In this document: in pieces, positions 1 through 9,801 of the stretch | How the letters are laid out: every line of letters starts with the position of its first letter | Numbering within the stretch: position 1 is the first letter of the stretch | From: an uncultured delta proteobacterium | GTDB taxonomy: Bacteria; Desulfobacterota; Binatia; DP-6 | Direction: 5' to 3' | Length of the DNA: 64,000 bases | Assembly (NCBI GenBank): GCA_963815115.1 | Contig: CAWFFN010000009.1 | Span: 352,001-416,000 of the forward strand | Notes under the pieces: model-generated | The model's database searches: none | What the model was told of the DNA's origin: nothing | The model's input: the letters and a program-made list of their open reading frames with translations, nothing else | Made by a program: the position numbers and the translations under genes

Positions 1-175
1 TCGCGGATTGCCCGTGGCGGGAGCGGAGACGGCCCGGAAGGTGCTGGACGCATCGCTGCCCAGCAACCACCTTATGGAGCGCTGGCGCGAGAGTGCAGGC
101 AAGCGCACGTGACCTTGCCGGGTCGCGCTCAAACACCCGTCGATGTCCAGGATCCCCAAAACCCCGGGCGCCGGT

Positions 176-679
176 TTAGCGCGACTCCAGCTTCTTCAAG
201 ATGGTCGTGATTTTGACCGCGATCGCCCGATCTGTGGCGTTCGCTCGATCTCCGCGCGCCTTCGTGAGGATCGTGTTGACGCCGAGGACGCGGCCATCGC
301 TGCCTACCAGCGGCCCGCCGCTGCTTCCCGCAGCGATCAAAGCATCGTGGACAATCACCACCTCGTTCACAGCGTGGACCGTGCCCGTAGACGCCGCGAC
401 AACGTCGCGGCCCTGGGGGAAGCCAATTGCTGTCACCCCTTCACCCTCCGTGATAGGCCCTTCACGAACTGGCAATGGTTTCGCTTTCACCGGTGACTGA
501 AGAACGGCGAAGTCCAAGTCTCGATCCACATAGATGACCGTCGCGATCACGCCGGCTCCCTGCCCAGATGACAGACGGGCGCTGGAAGCACCAGCAAGGA
601 CGTGAGCGTTGGTGGCGACTAGGGCGTCCGTGACGAAGAATCCCGATCCGATCGTCTTGCCCGTGTCGATGCGCACTAG
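176..679 (-). pseudogene. Trypsin-like (S1C) serine protease, 5'-truncated at the 90-bp module
   Basis: GSGFFV, ATNAHV (His), DFAVL (Asp) and GSSGGPLV (Ser) motifs. The frame upstream runs into the repeat module and IS. Confidence 0.8.
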
Positions 680-769
680 CTGATAGGCACGACGAAGGGC
701 CTTTTGCCGCGGAGGCTTACAGAACGCCCCATCCCGGACCTTCGCCGCATTTTCGCCCGCTCCGTAACA
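680..769. repeat. 90-bp module R, copy 1
   Basis: ctgataggcac...ctccgtaaca. Identical at 14038-14127 and 15601-15690, diverged inverted copy at 5258-5344. Confidence 0.95.
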
Positions 770-771
770 AG

Positions 772-985
772 TTCCCACCGACCCCGGGGGTCGACCCGCG
801 ATGGAGGAAACTGGTACGGCGCCGCTGCCGGCACCGAGGTCGAGCAATGTCTGGTGCGCGAAGCCCGCTAACAAGTTGGACCCGACGTCCCGTGCGCACC
901 CGTGATTGTCGCCACGGACCGCGCGGTCCGCGAGCACGCTTGGTAGACTGCTGCCCCCAGGGACGTCACGCCGGCAGAACGGGAG
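772..985 (+). ncRNA. Putative bridge RNA region of IS110
   Basis: Hairpin-rich non-coding region (e.g. cacggaccgcgcggtccg, ctgcc...ggcag). Contains CTAACAAG (868-875) and CTTGGTAG (939-946), which match the two junctions. Transcript limits and strand are inferred. Confidence 0.65.
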
Positions 986-988
986 GAC

Positions 989-2221
989 GTGACGATGGAG
1001 GTCATCCATGCCCAGTGCGCGGGGCTCGACGTACACAAGCAGACCGTGGTGGCCTGCGTGCGGATCACGGGCGCGGGGGGCGTGCGGCGCGAGGTGCGGA
1101 CGTTTGCGACGACCGCCGCCGAGCTGCTGGCCTTGCAGGAGTGGCTGGTGGCCGCCGGCTGCACCCATGCCGTGCTGGAGTCGACGGGCGTCTACTGGAA
1201 ACCCGTGTGGCACGTGCTCGAGGACCACCTGACCCTCGTGCTGGCCAACGCGACGGCGGTGCGCAATCTGCCCGGGCGCAAGAGCGACGTGAGCGACGCG
1301 CAGTGGCTCGCGGATCTGCTCGCCCATGGGCTGGTGCGCGGCAGCTTCGTGCCGCCCGCGCCGATTCAGGCGTTGCGCGAGCTGACGCGGACGCGCAAGC
1401 AGCTCGGGCGGGAGGTCACCGCCCACAGTCAGCGGATCGAGAAGGTGCTGGAGAGCGCGGACGTGAAGCTCGCCGCGGTGCTCCGCCCGCTGCTCGGCGT
1501 CAGCGGGCGGGCGATCATCGCGGCCCTGGCGGCGGGCGAAACCGATCCCGAGCGCCTCGTGGCGTTAGCCCACCCGCGGCTGCGGCCGAAGCGGGCCGCG
1601 CTGCGGGCCGCGCTGCCCGGGCACGTCCGGCCGCATCATCGCGTCTTGCTGGGTCAGCACCTGCGGGTGGTCGAGACGCTGCGGGCGACGATCGCGGAGC
1701 TGGATGCCGCGATCGGGGCCGCCGTCGCCCCGTATCGCGCCGCCGTCGACCACCTCGTGACGATGCCCGGCGTGAGCACGACGGCGGCGCAGATCCTGGT
1801 CGCGGAGATCGGCACGGACATGAGCCGCTTCCCCAGCGCGGGGCATCTCGTCTCCTGGGCGGGGCTGTGTCCGCGCCAGGACGCGAGTGCGGGCAAGCAC
1901 CGCTCCACGCGCCTCCGCAAGGGGGCGCCGTGGCTCAAGCCCGTGCTCATTCAGGGCGCGTGGGCAGCGGTGCGAGGCCGCGAGGGCTACCTCCGCACCC
2001 AGTTCCTGCGCCTCAAGCATCGCCGCGGTCCGATGAAGGCCATCGTCGCGGTGGCCGCCTCCATGCTCACCGCCGCCTATTACATGCTGCGCGACGACCA
2101 AGACTATCACGACCTCGGGGCCGCCCACTTCCAGCGCGGCGACCACAACCACCTCGTCGCCGGACTCACCCGCCGCCTCCACCACCTCGGTTACGAGGTC
2201 ACGCTCCGCCCCGCCGCCTGA
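989..2221 (+). CDS. IS110-family DEDD transposase/recombinase
   Basis: GLDVHK, LESTG and KSDVSDA (DEDD RuvC-like); MPGV...AEIG and GLCPRQDASAGK (catalytic Ser region). Confidence 0.97.
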   Translation: MTMEVIHAQCAGLDVHKQTVVACVRITGAGGVRREVRTFATTAAELLALQEWLVAAGCTHAVLESTGVYWKPVWHVLEDHLTLVLANATAVRNLPGRKSDVSDAQWLADLLAHGLVRGSFVPPAPIQALRELTRTRKQLGREVTAHSQRIEKVLESADVKLAAVLRPLLGVSGRAIIAALAAGETDPERLVALAHPRLRPKRAALRAALPGHVRPHHRVLLGQHLRVVETLRATIAELDAAIGAAVAPYRAAVDHLVTMPGVSTTAAQILVAEIGTDMSRFPSAGHLVSWAGLCPRQDASAGKHRSTRLRKGAPWLKPVLIQGAWAAVRGREGYLRTQFLRLKHRRGPMKAIVAVAASMLTAAYYMLRDDQDYHDLGAAHFQRGDHNHLVAGLTRRLHHLGYEVTLRPAA

Positions 2222-2250
2222 CGCCGCGTACCGAGCGAGTTACTTGGTAG

Positions 2251-3226
2251 AAGCGCGGGTCGCGCATCCCGTCCTTGCCGCCCATCGCTTCGAGGTCCTT
2301 CCTCCAGCTCTTCCCGTAGGGCGGGTTGGCGAGCATGAAGTCGAACTCTTGGGCGGGGAAGGCGTCATGCGACAGCGTGGACCACTCCGCGCCGCCGACG
2401 ATGTGATCGGCGCTCTCGCCTTCGCCTTTGAGCAGCATGTCCGCCTTGCAGACGGCGTACGTCTCGGGGTTGATCTCCTGACCGTAGAGCAGGCACTTGA
2501 CCACTTGGTCGTGCTTCGCGGCGATTGCCGTGAGCGTCTCCTCGCCCACGGTGAGCATGCCGCCGGTGCCGCAGGCACAGTCGTAGAGCAAGTATGTGCC
2601 GGACTTGATCTCCGCCTCGATGGGCAGGAACACGAGGTTCGCCATGAGGCGCACAGCGTCGCGCGGCGTCCAGTGCTCGCCCGCCTCCTCGTTGTTCTCC
2701 TCGTTGAACCGGCGGACCAGCTCCTCGAAGACCGTGCCCATCGCGTGGTTGTCGATGCCCGCCGGCGAGAGGTCGATCGTCGGGTCGAGGAACTTGTTGA
2801 TCAGCGTGCCGATGGCGTCGGCTTTGGAGAGCGTCTGGAGCTGATTGCGGAACTTGAAGTTGTCGAGGATGTCCTGAACGTTTGGCGAGAACCCGTTGAG
2901 GTAGTCCTCGAAGTCGGCGAGCAGCTGCTGCTGGCTGCCACGGGACTTGAGGTCACGCAGCGTGAACTTCGAGGTGTTGTAAAAGGCTTGGCCGGCAGCG
3001 TCGCAGAGCGCGGCGCGCTGCTCGGTGATGCGCGCCTCGTCGAGCATCTTCTTGGTGGCGAGCACCTGTGGCTTGGGGTCGGTTCGAGGACCGCGTCCAT
3101 ACGCCGGATGACGCACATCGGCAGGATCACATCGGGGTACTTGCCGCGTCTGAAAAGGTCGCGCAGGACGTCGTCGGCGATGCCCCAGATGAACGAGACG
3201 ATTTTGTTGTGGGTCGCTTGGTCCAT
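2251..3226 (-). pseudogene. hsdM: Type I restriction-modification methyltransferase, N-terminal half, truncated by IS110 and frameshifted near 3080
   Basis: IVSFIWGIADDVLRD, AGEHWTPRD, YDCACGTGGML, YGQEIN and NPPY motifs. Ends at RDPRF at the IS junction. Confidence 0.92.
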
Positions 3227-3699
3227 TCTGGCGTTCGCCCTCCCTCAGTACCCGCGGCGCGGCGCACTCATCTCGCGGGACTGCGCGACGCTCAAGACCT
3301 TCACGTTCGCGTGCACATTCGCCAGCAGTCGCTTCAACCTATCGGTGAGGTGCGTGTTGGCGAAGAGGACGGCTGGCTTGCTGTAGTCGTCGGGGCGGTG
3401 CCGCGGAGCACGCTTGCCAAGGCGGCCGCGAGGTCTTGGTCGCGCGTGCTGCCGCGCAGCACGTCGTTGCGAGGGGTGCAGAGGTCGAAGAGGGATTTCA
3501 CGCGTCCGCGCCTCCGTGGCGACCGACGCGGTTGGGGTGCGTAACAAGTCGCCGCAGCGCTGCTCGCGAACCTCTGCGGCCCATCGCCGCGGGTAGTACT
3601 GTCCGTGCCGGTACGCAGTCAACAAGGGCCGCCGACAGGCACCGATAGGCAGCGTGGTCCACGCCAAGACCGGCTCAGGCGATCCCGAGATCGGTTCGT

Positions 3700-4254
3700 C
3701 CACCACGGAGCGCACCGAAGCCGTGCGGCTGCTCAAGACGTTGCGCCGCCGGGGCTTCCGCCCCACCACGGTCGGCGGGGACAAGGCCTACGACACGGAG
3801 CACTTCGTCGAGGACGTGCGCGCGCTCGGCATCGCGCCGCACGTGGCGCAGAACATCACCAAGTATCGCGGCTCGCGGATCGATGCGCGCACGACCCGAC
3901 ATGCCGGTTACACGGTGAGTCAGTGGTGTCGGAAGCGGGTCGAGGAAATCTTCGGCTGGGGCAAGACCATCGGCGGCCTGCGGAAGACCCGCTACCGCGG
4001 CCGCGAGCGCACGGGGCTGTGGGCGTACCTCGTAGGGAGCGCGTACAACCTGCTCCGCATGGCGAAGCTGCTCCCGGAGACCGCGGTCACATGACGATGC
4101 GGCGTCGACAACGCGTCCCTCACCGCGCCCGCCGCCGCCCAACAGGACGGCGAGGGAACCCGTCTCCCGATCTCGGCCGCCGCTGACCGATCCGAGAAGG
4201 AGAGCCAGCCACATGGAACGAGTCGCCATCACCGATTCTTCAGCATCCTGCTAG
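3700..4254 (+). mobile_element. IS5-family remnant: C-terminal transposase (to 4094) plus right end ending in CTAG
   Basis: GGDKAYDT, PHVAQN, RKRVEEIFGWGK motifs; ttcagcatcctg-CTAG terminus. Confidence 0.8.
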
Positions 4255-4448
4255 ATGAGTTCGTGCTTGTGCTTGGTGACCTCACGTCCGAGGATGTGGT
4301 CGGCCGCCTTCTGGGCACGACTTCCTGCAAAGATCACCGCCTGCGGAGTGCTTCTCAAGACCCGAAGCCAGCTCTCGATATACGAGGCCGCCAGCTCCGC
4401 GGTCGCCGCAGAGATTCCTGCCTCGGCGCAGAGGAAGGCAGCGGTCAT
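4251..4448 (-). pseudogene. ArdC-like antirestriction protein, C-terminal fragment
   Basis: AAFLCAEAGI...ASYIESWLRVL...AGSRAQKAADHIL resembles the ArdC C-terminus. Confidence 0.75.
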
Positions 4449-4602
4449 CTCGGCGGTTCAGAGGCTCAGAGGCTCAGCCCGGGCGATATCCCAGTCGCTG
4501 TTGAACGCCGGTGAGCGGAGGCTCCGATGGTGGCCGTTTGCGCGACCTCCTTACCACGACCGCAGATCGAGATTCCCGCACTTCTCGCTGATCGCCAACA
4601 GC

Positions 4603-4950
4603 TTAGAGGCCGAGGTGATCCTTGTGCTGGCCGCGCCTGCGCTGCGGCCGCATCGTCGCGCCGTTGCCGTTGCCCTCGCCGCCCCCGCCACTCCGCCGCC
4701 GTACCCCCGGGCGTGCCTTGGCCTGGAGATGAATCGTGAAGCCATTCATGAAGAGGTTGAACACCTCGCGGTCGCCGAGCCGGTGGACCGCGCTGGCCAA
4801 GCTCTGCGGCATGTCCATCGGGACGTGCTCGCAATACTCGTCCGCCGTCCCGTGAATGGGGCATGTTGCGCCGGGCTTCCTCACCCCGACGTGGACGGGG
4901 ACCTCTTTCCAGTCCAACTCTCCCGTGATCGTGATCGTTCCGACTGCCAT
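4603..4950 (-). CDS. Hypothetical protein
   Basis: ORF with RBS-like gagagag before the ATG; CPIHG...YCEH possible metal site. Confidence 0.45.
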   Translation of the reverse strand: MAVGTITITGELDWKEVPVHVGVRKPGATCPIHGTADEYCEHVPMDMPQSLASAVHRLGDREVFNLFMNGFTIHLQAKARPGVRRRSGGGGEGNGNGATMRPQRRRGQHKDHLGL

Positions 4951-5053
4951 CTCTCTCGTCTCCTTCTGCGTGCCGCGTTGGTTGATGGCTGAGCCAGACC
5001 ATATGAGAGGGGGCTCGCGCAAGAGCGCATGTGCCTAGTTTAGTACTAATAGT

Positions 5054-5256
5054 TTCACGCGGGTTTCTTGCGCGACTTTCTCACGGATGATTTGCCCGCA
5101 TGATTCACGCGAGTTTCTCCCACGACGTTCTCACGGATGATTTGCCCGCATGATTCACGCGAGTCTCTGCCGCGACGTTCTCACGGATGATTTGCCCGCA
5201 TGATTCACGCGAGTCTCTGCCGCGACGTTCTCACGCATGATTTGCCCGCATGATTC
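5054..5256. repeat. Tandem repeat, 4 x 50 bp
   Basis: Unit ttcacgcgagtctctgccgcgacgttctcacggatgatttgcccgcatga starts at 5054, 5104, 5154 and 5204. Confidence 0.95.
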
Positions 5257-5257
5257 T

Positions 5258-5344
5258 TGTTACGGAGCGGGCGACAATGCGGCGAAGGTCCGGGATGGGG
5301 CGTTCCGTAAACCTTCGCAAAACCCCGTTCATCGCTCCTATCGG
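5258..5344 (-). repeat. 90-bp module R, diverged inverted copy
   Basis: Reverse complement ccgataggagc...ttacggaacgccccatcccggaccttcgccgcattgtcgcccgctccgtaaca-AG. Same two endpoints as the other copies. Confidence 0.9.
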
Positions 5345-5345
5345 C

Positions 5346-5611
5346 ACGAGGTGGAGATCAACGCGCCGGTCTCCCGCGTCGCGGAGCACGAGGCGGGCGG
5401 GCAAGCCCGGAGCGTCGCTGAACCCTAGCGCCGCGAGCGCCGCAAGCGCGCGGGATTCGTCGGCCCGCCTGACGACCAGGTCGAGGTCGTCGTGTTGCCG
5501 TGTCTGCCTACGGAGAAGCGCGTCCACGCCCCAACCACCGTCGATGCACGTTTGGACCCCCACCGCCTCCAGTTGCTCCAGCACCGCGATGACGTCTCGC
5601 GCGCTCATCAT
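5346..5611 (-). pseudogene. Nucleotidyltransferase (ANT(2'')/Lnu-like), 3'-truncated at module R
   Basis: IDGGWGVDALL...HDDLDL...RVDLH motifs. Confidence 0.85.
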
Positions 5612-6539
5612 GCAGGCCACTCAAGCGGAGCGGCCTGGGGCTATCAAGTTGGACACGCACTAGCTAGCACGGCCCGGCACCCGCGCTGGGGGCAACCGGC
5701 AACCCGACAACCTCTTTCGGCGCCCTGTCGCGAAGAAAACCGCGGGGGCGCCGCCTCGCGGGCCGGCCCACCGTGGGAAGGACCCGCGTCATCGCACGGT
5801 CGTCGACGGCGGCGGTCACTGTGGCGCTCGCAACGCACGCGGGTCGTCACCACCACAGCATCGCGATCGATCGCGGTACTCGAATGCAGCCCCGCCACTT
5901 ACCGTGCATATTTCAGTGGATGTCGGCCTGCCACCCTCGCTTGGAGCCCGACGACGCTCTCGTTCGACCACCACCCCGTCGAGAGCGTTGCCCATAGCAC
6001 GTTTCAAAGTCCCGAAGGTCGAGGCGGCAGTGGTGCGCCCGCACTCAGCCGTACTTCGTCTCGCGCGCCCGCTGGCGCGTTGACGCCGCGCAGAGGATGG
6101 CAGTAGGCTGTGATTTCTGTCTCATCGTCTAGCACTGTTCATCGTTGGGATCGTCGGCCTGTCGCTCGCCGCCACGCGAGGACGTGCCGCGGCGGCGTGC
6201 CCGAACACCTCCACGCAGCAGACTGGCCGAGTGCAAGCGGATGTGCCCCGCGGGTGGACACGGGCGCCGCGACTGCCGGGCGGCCTGCAGCGAGCGGAGC
6301 ACGTGCACCGCCCCGGGCGCGCGCATCCGGACGCTCGCCTAAGTGGTGAGCGAGTGCACCACCGACCCGCAGGGGCGGAGCTCGCTGAAGCAGAAGCTCC
6401 TCATCCGCCGCGGGAACTGAGGCAAGCTTGCTCGAGCGAGAGGACGAGTCGACCGCGGAGGGGGGCTCGCGTGATCGCTTGCGAGACGTTCACCGGCGTG
6501 AGGCATCCGTTGGGGGTGCAGGGCTGCTGCGCACGGCCT

Positions 6540-6746
6540 TCGCCGACGCGATGGCCGGCCGCGGGGCGTGTCGTGTTCCTCACCGCTGAACCGACGATCG
6601 GCAAGACTCGCGCGGCCGCGGAGTTCGCTAAAATAGCGCCCCGAGCCGCCGGGGTTGTGCTGTGGGGCCCCTGCTACGACGCCGAGTGGGCGCCACCGTT
6701 CGGGCCCTTCGCCGAAGCGATCGCCGTCCCGACCCAGCTCCGATGA
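6540..6746 (+). pseudogene. AAA ATPase (AAA_16-type) fragment
   Basis: GRVVFLTAEPTIGKTR (degenerate Walker A) followed by LWGPCY...PPFGPFAEAI. Confidence 0.6.
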
Positions 6747-9130
6747 GACGACTCGCCGCCATTGATTGGCTCCTGCTTGGCATCTCGCTGCCAATCTTGC
6801 TGTTCAGTCTGGTGATGTCCGTGGTACACGGCGTCCGTGGCGACTTCGTGGTCCCGACGTTCTGGGCAACGTCGGCGGCGGACGAGCAGTCGTATCCGGT
6901 GGTGGGACGAATCTGGTCACGCCCGAGCGGGGAGGCGAGCCCGGTCGCGGTGGGAGACCGCCTAGTGCGGCTGGAGGAAAGCGACCTTCGTGGTGTGTCC
7001 AACGCGGGATTCATGCTGCGCTGGTCGCAAGCGGCGCAGGCCGGTGCCCGCTCACTGCTCTTGACGATCGACCGCGGCAGCGTGCGCTCCGACGTCCGCG
7101 TGCTCCTCGTTCCCGGGTATGGCCCGGTTGGGATTACTTGGTGGGCGCCGCTTCCGTTTATCGCCGGCAGCGTTGTCACTGCGCTGCTCCTGCTCGTGCG
7201 TGGCGCCCACTGGCACCTCGCGCGGCGCTACTACGTGGCGAGCGTGCTCTTGGTGTTATCGATCGGGCCTTACTTTGCGGTCCCGACCGCGCCCCGGGCC
7301 GAACTCATCACCGATGTGCTGGTTCTCCCGCTGGCCTGCGGGCTTTTCCTCTGGAACCTCAACGAGTTCCTCCCACGCCTGCGGCTGTGGGGTCCCGGAC
7401 AGCGAGCGCTGACCTCGGCACTGGCGCTCCTGCTGTCGGTATCGTTCGCGGCTGATTTCTGGTTGCCCGATGTGGGGTTGGCGGCGATTTTCTCGGGGGC
7501 GGCTCCGCTCGCACTGACTGGCTTCAGCATCGCATCACTCGTGGCGCTCACGCGCGTGTACCAGCGCGCGGACCCTCTCGGGCGCCGGCAGATCAAGTGG
7601 GTGGTCTACGGCTTCTACGTGGGTCTGTTGCCCCTCGGCCTCTTCTGCGGCGTCCTCTCGCTCGGCGTCGCCCCCGAGTGGATCAGCGCGCTCTTCGCTG
7701 TTGCGACGATTGCAGCGGTGGCGGTACCGCTCGGTCTCCTGGTGGCCATCGCCTTCTATCAATTCTTAGATATCGACCGCCTATTCAGCGCCACCCTTTC
7801 CTACAGCATACTGACAGTCCTCGCCCTCGCCGTGGTGCTCGGTGTGATGCCGGCGGCTTCGCGCACGGCGAGCGACGTCCTCGGACTCGACCCGGTAGCC
7901 GGCCAGCTCCTCGTCTCCCTTGGCCTTGCGGCTGTCCTCGTCCCCGCGCACCGGATCGTGCGGCCGTGGATCGACCGACGGCTATTCCCGCAGCGTGCCA
8001 CGCTTGAGCAGGGGTTCGAGCAGTTGCTCGGGGAGATCTCGACTGCGGCGGACATGCAGCAGCTGACCCAGCTGACGAGCGAGCGACTCGACACGTTGCT
8101 GCGTCCGGCCGTCGTCGTCCTCTATGCCCGTGCCGGCGATGGCTTCACGCCACTGGCAGCGCGCGGTCGCAGCGCGCCGCCCGCCTTCGCTGCGGGGAGC
8201 CCCCTTATCGCGGCGCTCCAAGAGCGCACCACGCCACTCGCCGCAAGGCGCTGGACGGTGCGCCGGACGGCATCCCTGACGCCCTTTGAACGAGCGGCGA
8301 TCGAGACCCTCGACGTCGCGGTGCTCGTACCGATTCGACGCGGGGCCGACCTCGCGGCGTTCTGGTGCCTCGGAGCGAAGCGCTCCGGCGACATCTACAC
8401 GCCGACCGATCTTGCCGTGCTCGGCGCCGTTGCCGGGGCGATCTCGGATCGCTTGCTCGCGCTTGGCGAGACGCGATCAGAGGATCGACTCGAGGACAGC
8501 CCCCGGCACGCTCCGGCGTCGCCGGATGCTGCAGCGAGCCCACCGCTGACAGCTGCGGCGGCAGACGACGCGGGCGTCTTCCGGCGGGAGGGTGAATACT
8601 GGGCGGTGGCATACCGGGGCAAGACGGCCCGCCTGCGGGACACGAAAGGCTTGTACTACATCGCCCGGCTGCTCGCGCAGCCCGGCCGCGAATTGCACGT
8701 GCGCGACCTTGCCACGATGAACCAGCAGAGTGATACGGGCAACGGTTCCGAGCCCATGGGCGTGGAAGGCGACCTGGGAACGATTCTCGATGCGCGGGCC
8801 ACGGCGCAATACAAACAGCGGCTGGCTGAAGCGCGCCAGGAACTCGACGAGGCCACCGCGGCGGGCGATCTCGGGCAGGCGGCGCGCGCGCGGCATGAAA
8901 TAGAGACCATTACCGAGCAACTCGCCGCCGCCTACGGGCTCGGCGGCCGGCTGCGCACGGCTGGCGATCCGGCCGAACGCATGCGCAAAGCGGTGACCAA
9001 TCGGATTCGCCACGCCCTCGACCGGATCTCCGCCGCGCACCCAGAGCTCGGCCGCCATCTCACCAACGCGCTCCGGACCGGCTTTGTGTGCGCCTACCGC
9101 CCCGAGCACCCGGTGGCGTGGCGCCTCTGA
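6743..9130 (+). CDS. Multi-TM membrane sensor with PDZ-like loop, GAF-like domain and C-terminal putative DNA-binding domain
   Basis: VAVGDRLVRL, ~8-10 TM segments, RRQIKW, LDIDRLF, LGAKRSGDIYTPTD; C-terminus FRREGEYW...RKAVTNRIR...RTG..C.Y.P. Confidence 0.85.
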   Translation: MRRLAAIDWLLLGISLPILLFSLVMSVVHGVRGDFVVPTFWATSAADEQSYPVVGRIWSRPSGEASPVAVGDRLVRLEESDLRGVSNAGFMLRWSQAAQAGARSLLLTIDRGSVRSDVRVLLVPGYGPVGITWWAPLPFIAGSVVTALLLLVRGAHWHLARRYYVASVLLVLSIGPYFAVPTAPRAELITDVLVLPLACGLFLWNLNEFLPRLRLWGPGQRALTSALALLLSVSFAADFWLPDVGLAAIFSGAAPLALTGFSIASLVALTRVYQRADPLGRRQIKWVVYGFYVGLLPLGLFCGVLSLGVAPEWISALFAVATIAAVAVPLGLLVAIAFYQFLDIDRLFSATLSYSILTVLALAVVLGVMPAASRTASDVLGLDPVAGQLLVSLGLAAVLVPAHRIVRPWIDRRLFPQRATLEQGFEQLLGEISTAADMQQLTQLTSERLDTLLRPAVVVLYARAGDGFTPLAARGRSAPPAFAAGSPLIAALQERTTPLAARRWTVRRTASLTPFERAAIETLDVAVLVPIRRGADLAAFWCLGAKRSGDIYTPTDLAVLGAVAGAISDRLLALGETRSEDRLEDSPRHAPASPDAAASPPLTAAAADDAGVFRREGEYWAVAYRGKTARLRDTKGLYYIARLLAQPGRELHVRDLATMNQQSDTGNGSEPMGVEGDLGTILDARATAQYKQRLAEARQELDEATAAGDLGQAARARHEIETITEQLAAAYGLGGRLRTAGDPAERMRKAVTNRIRHALDRISAAHPELGRHLTNALRTGFVCAYRPEHPVAWRL

Positions 9131-9152
9131 AACGATGCGACGCCCATCTGGA

Positions 9153-9180
9153 TGTAGCGTCGCTACACGGCCTGTAGCGC
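9153..9180. promoter_or_regulatory. Candidate operator TGTAGCGTCGCTAC-N6-TGTAGCGC
   Basis: Palindrome plus extra half-site; same motif and spacing at 9607-9634. Confidence 0.65.
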
Positions 9181-9196
9181 CTGGATTCATGGCGCC

Positions 9197-9598
9197 ATGC
9201 CGTCACGGGACTCAATTCACGACCGGGTGCACCGCACACCGATCTTTCGCCGCGAAGGGGATTACTGGACGATCGAGTACGACGCAGCGGTGGTGCGGCT
9301 TCGGGACGCCAAGGGGCTGCGCTATATCGAGCCGCTGCTGCGGCATCCCGGCCGCTCCTTTCACGTCGCCGAGCTGATCCGCGTGGCGGACTGCCCGGAC
9401 GGGCGCCGGCCGGCGGCGGACGACGGAACCGCCGAGGCCGTCGAGCGTGCCCGCAAAGCCGTCACCAACCGCATCCGGGGGACGCTGGCGCGGATCGCCA
9501 ACGTCCACCACGCCCTGGGGCTCCACCTGCGCAACGCGGTCCACACCGGGACGCGCTGCGTCTACACGCCGGAGCGGCCGACCGGATGGGCGGAATGA
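9197..9598 (+). CDS. Stand-alone paralog of the upstream sensor's C-terminal domain
   Basis: FRREGDYW...LRDAKGLRYI...ERARKAVTNRIR...HTGTRCVYTP aligns with the sensor C-terminus but lacks the central helical segment. Confidence 0.85.
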   Translation: MPSRDSIHDRVHRTPIFRREGDYWTIEYDAAVVRLRDAKGLRYIEPLLRHPGRSFHVAELIRVADCPDGRRPAADDGTAEAVERARKAVTNRIRGTLARIANVHHALGLHLRNAVHTGTRCVYTPERPTGWAE

Positions 9599-9606
9599 AC
9601 CTGTCG

Positions 9607-9634
9607 TGTAGCGTCGCTACGCCAGTTGTAGCGC
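9607..9634. promoter_or_regulatory. Candidate operator, second copy
   Basis: TGTAGCGTCGCTAC-gccagt-TGTAGCGC. Confidence 0.65.
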
Positions 9635-9801
9635 CACATAAGGCGTTCGGATGAACGAGCTGAAGCTTCGGCGCAGCTCAAACGTACGAAGGAGGCAGGA
9701 ATGAGCGAGAGGGATTCGAAAATGCCTGTCCGTTCCCTCGGGGGCATTCGTATCTTCTCGATGGCGCAGAATCGTTACAGACGAGCGAAAGGAGACCAAC
9801 T

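Larger units (their letters stand above)
770..2250 (+). mobile_element. IS110-family element, copy 1 (AG core at 770-771 and 2249-2250; 677-2250 if module R is part of the left end)
   Basis: Near-identical to 14128-15600. No terminal inverted repeats or long TSD. Truncates hsdM on the right. Confidence 0.9.

Noticed and set aside
680-775. Integron attC site (TAACAAG resembles an inverse core)
   Set aside because: No downstream GTTRRRY forming a long imperfect palindrome, no cassette array, and the tyrosine recombinase lacks an obvious IntI insertion.
176-1426. 416-aa protease fusion ORF
   Set aside because: Its N-terminal part is antisense read-through of IS110; only 176-679 is protease.
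5054-5256. CRISPR array
   Set aside because: The variable parts are near-identical rather than unique spacers, and no cas genes are present.
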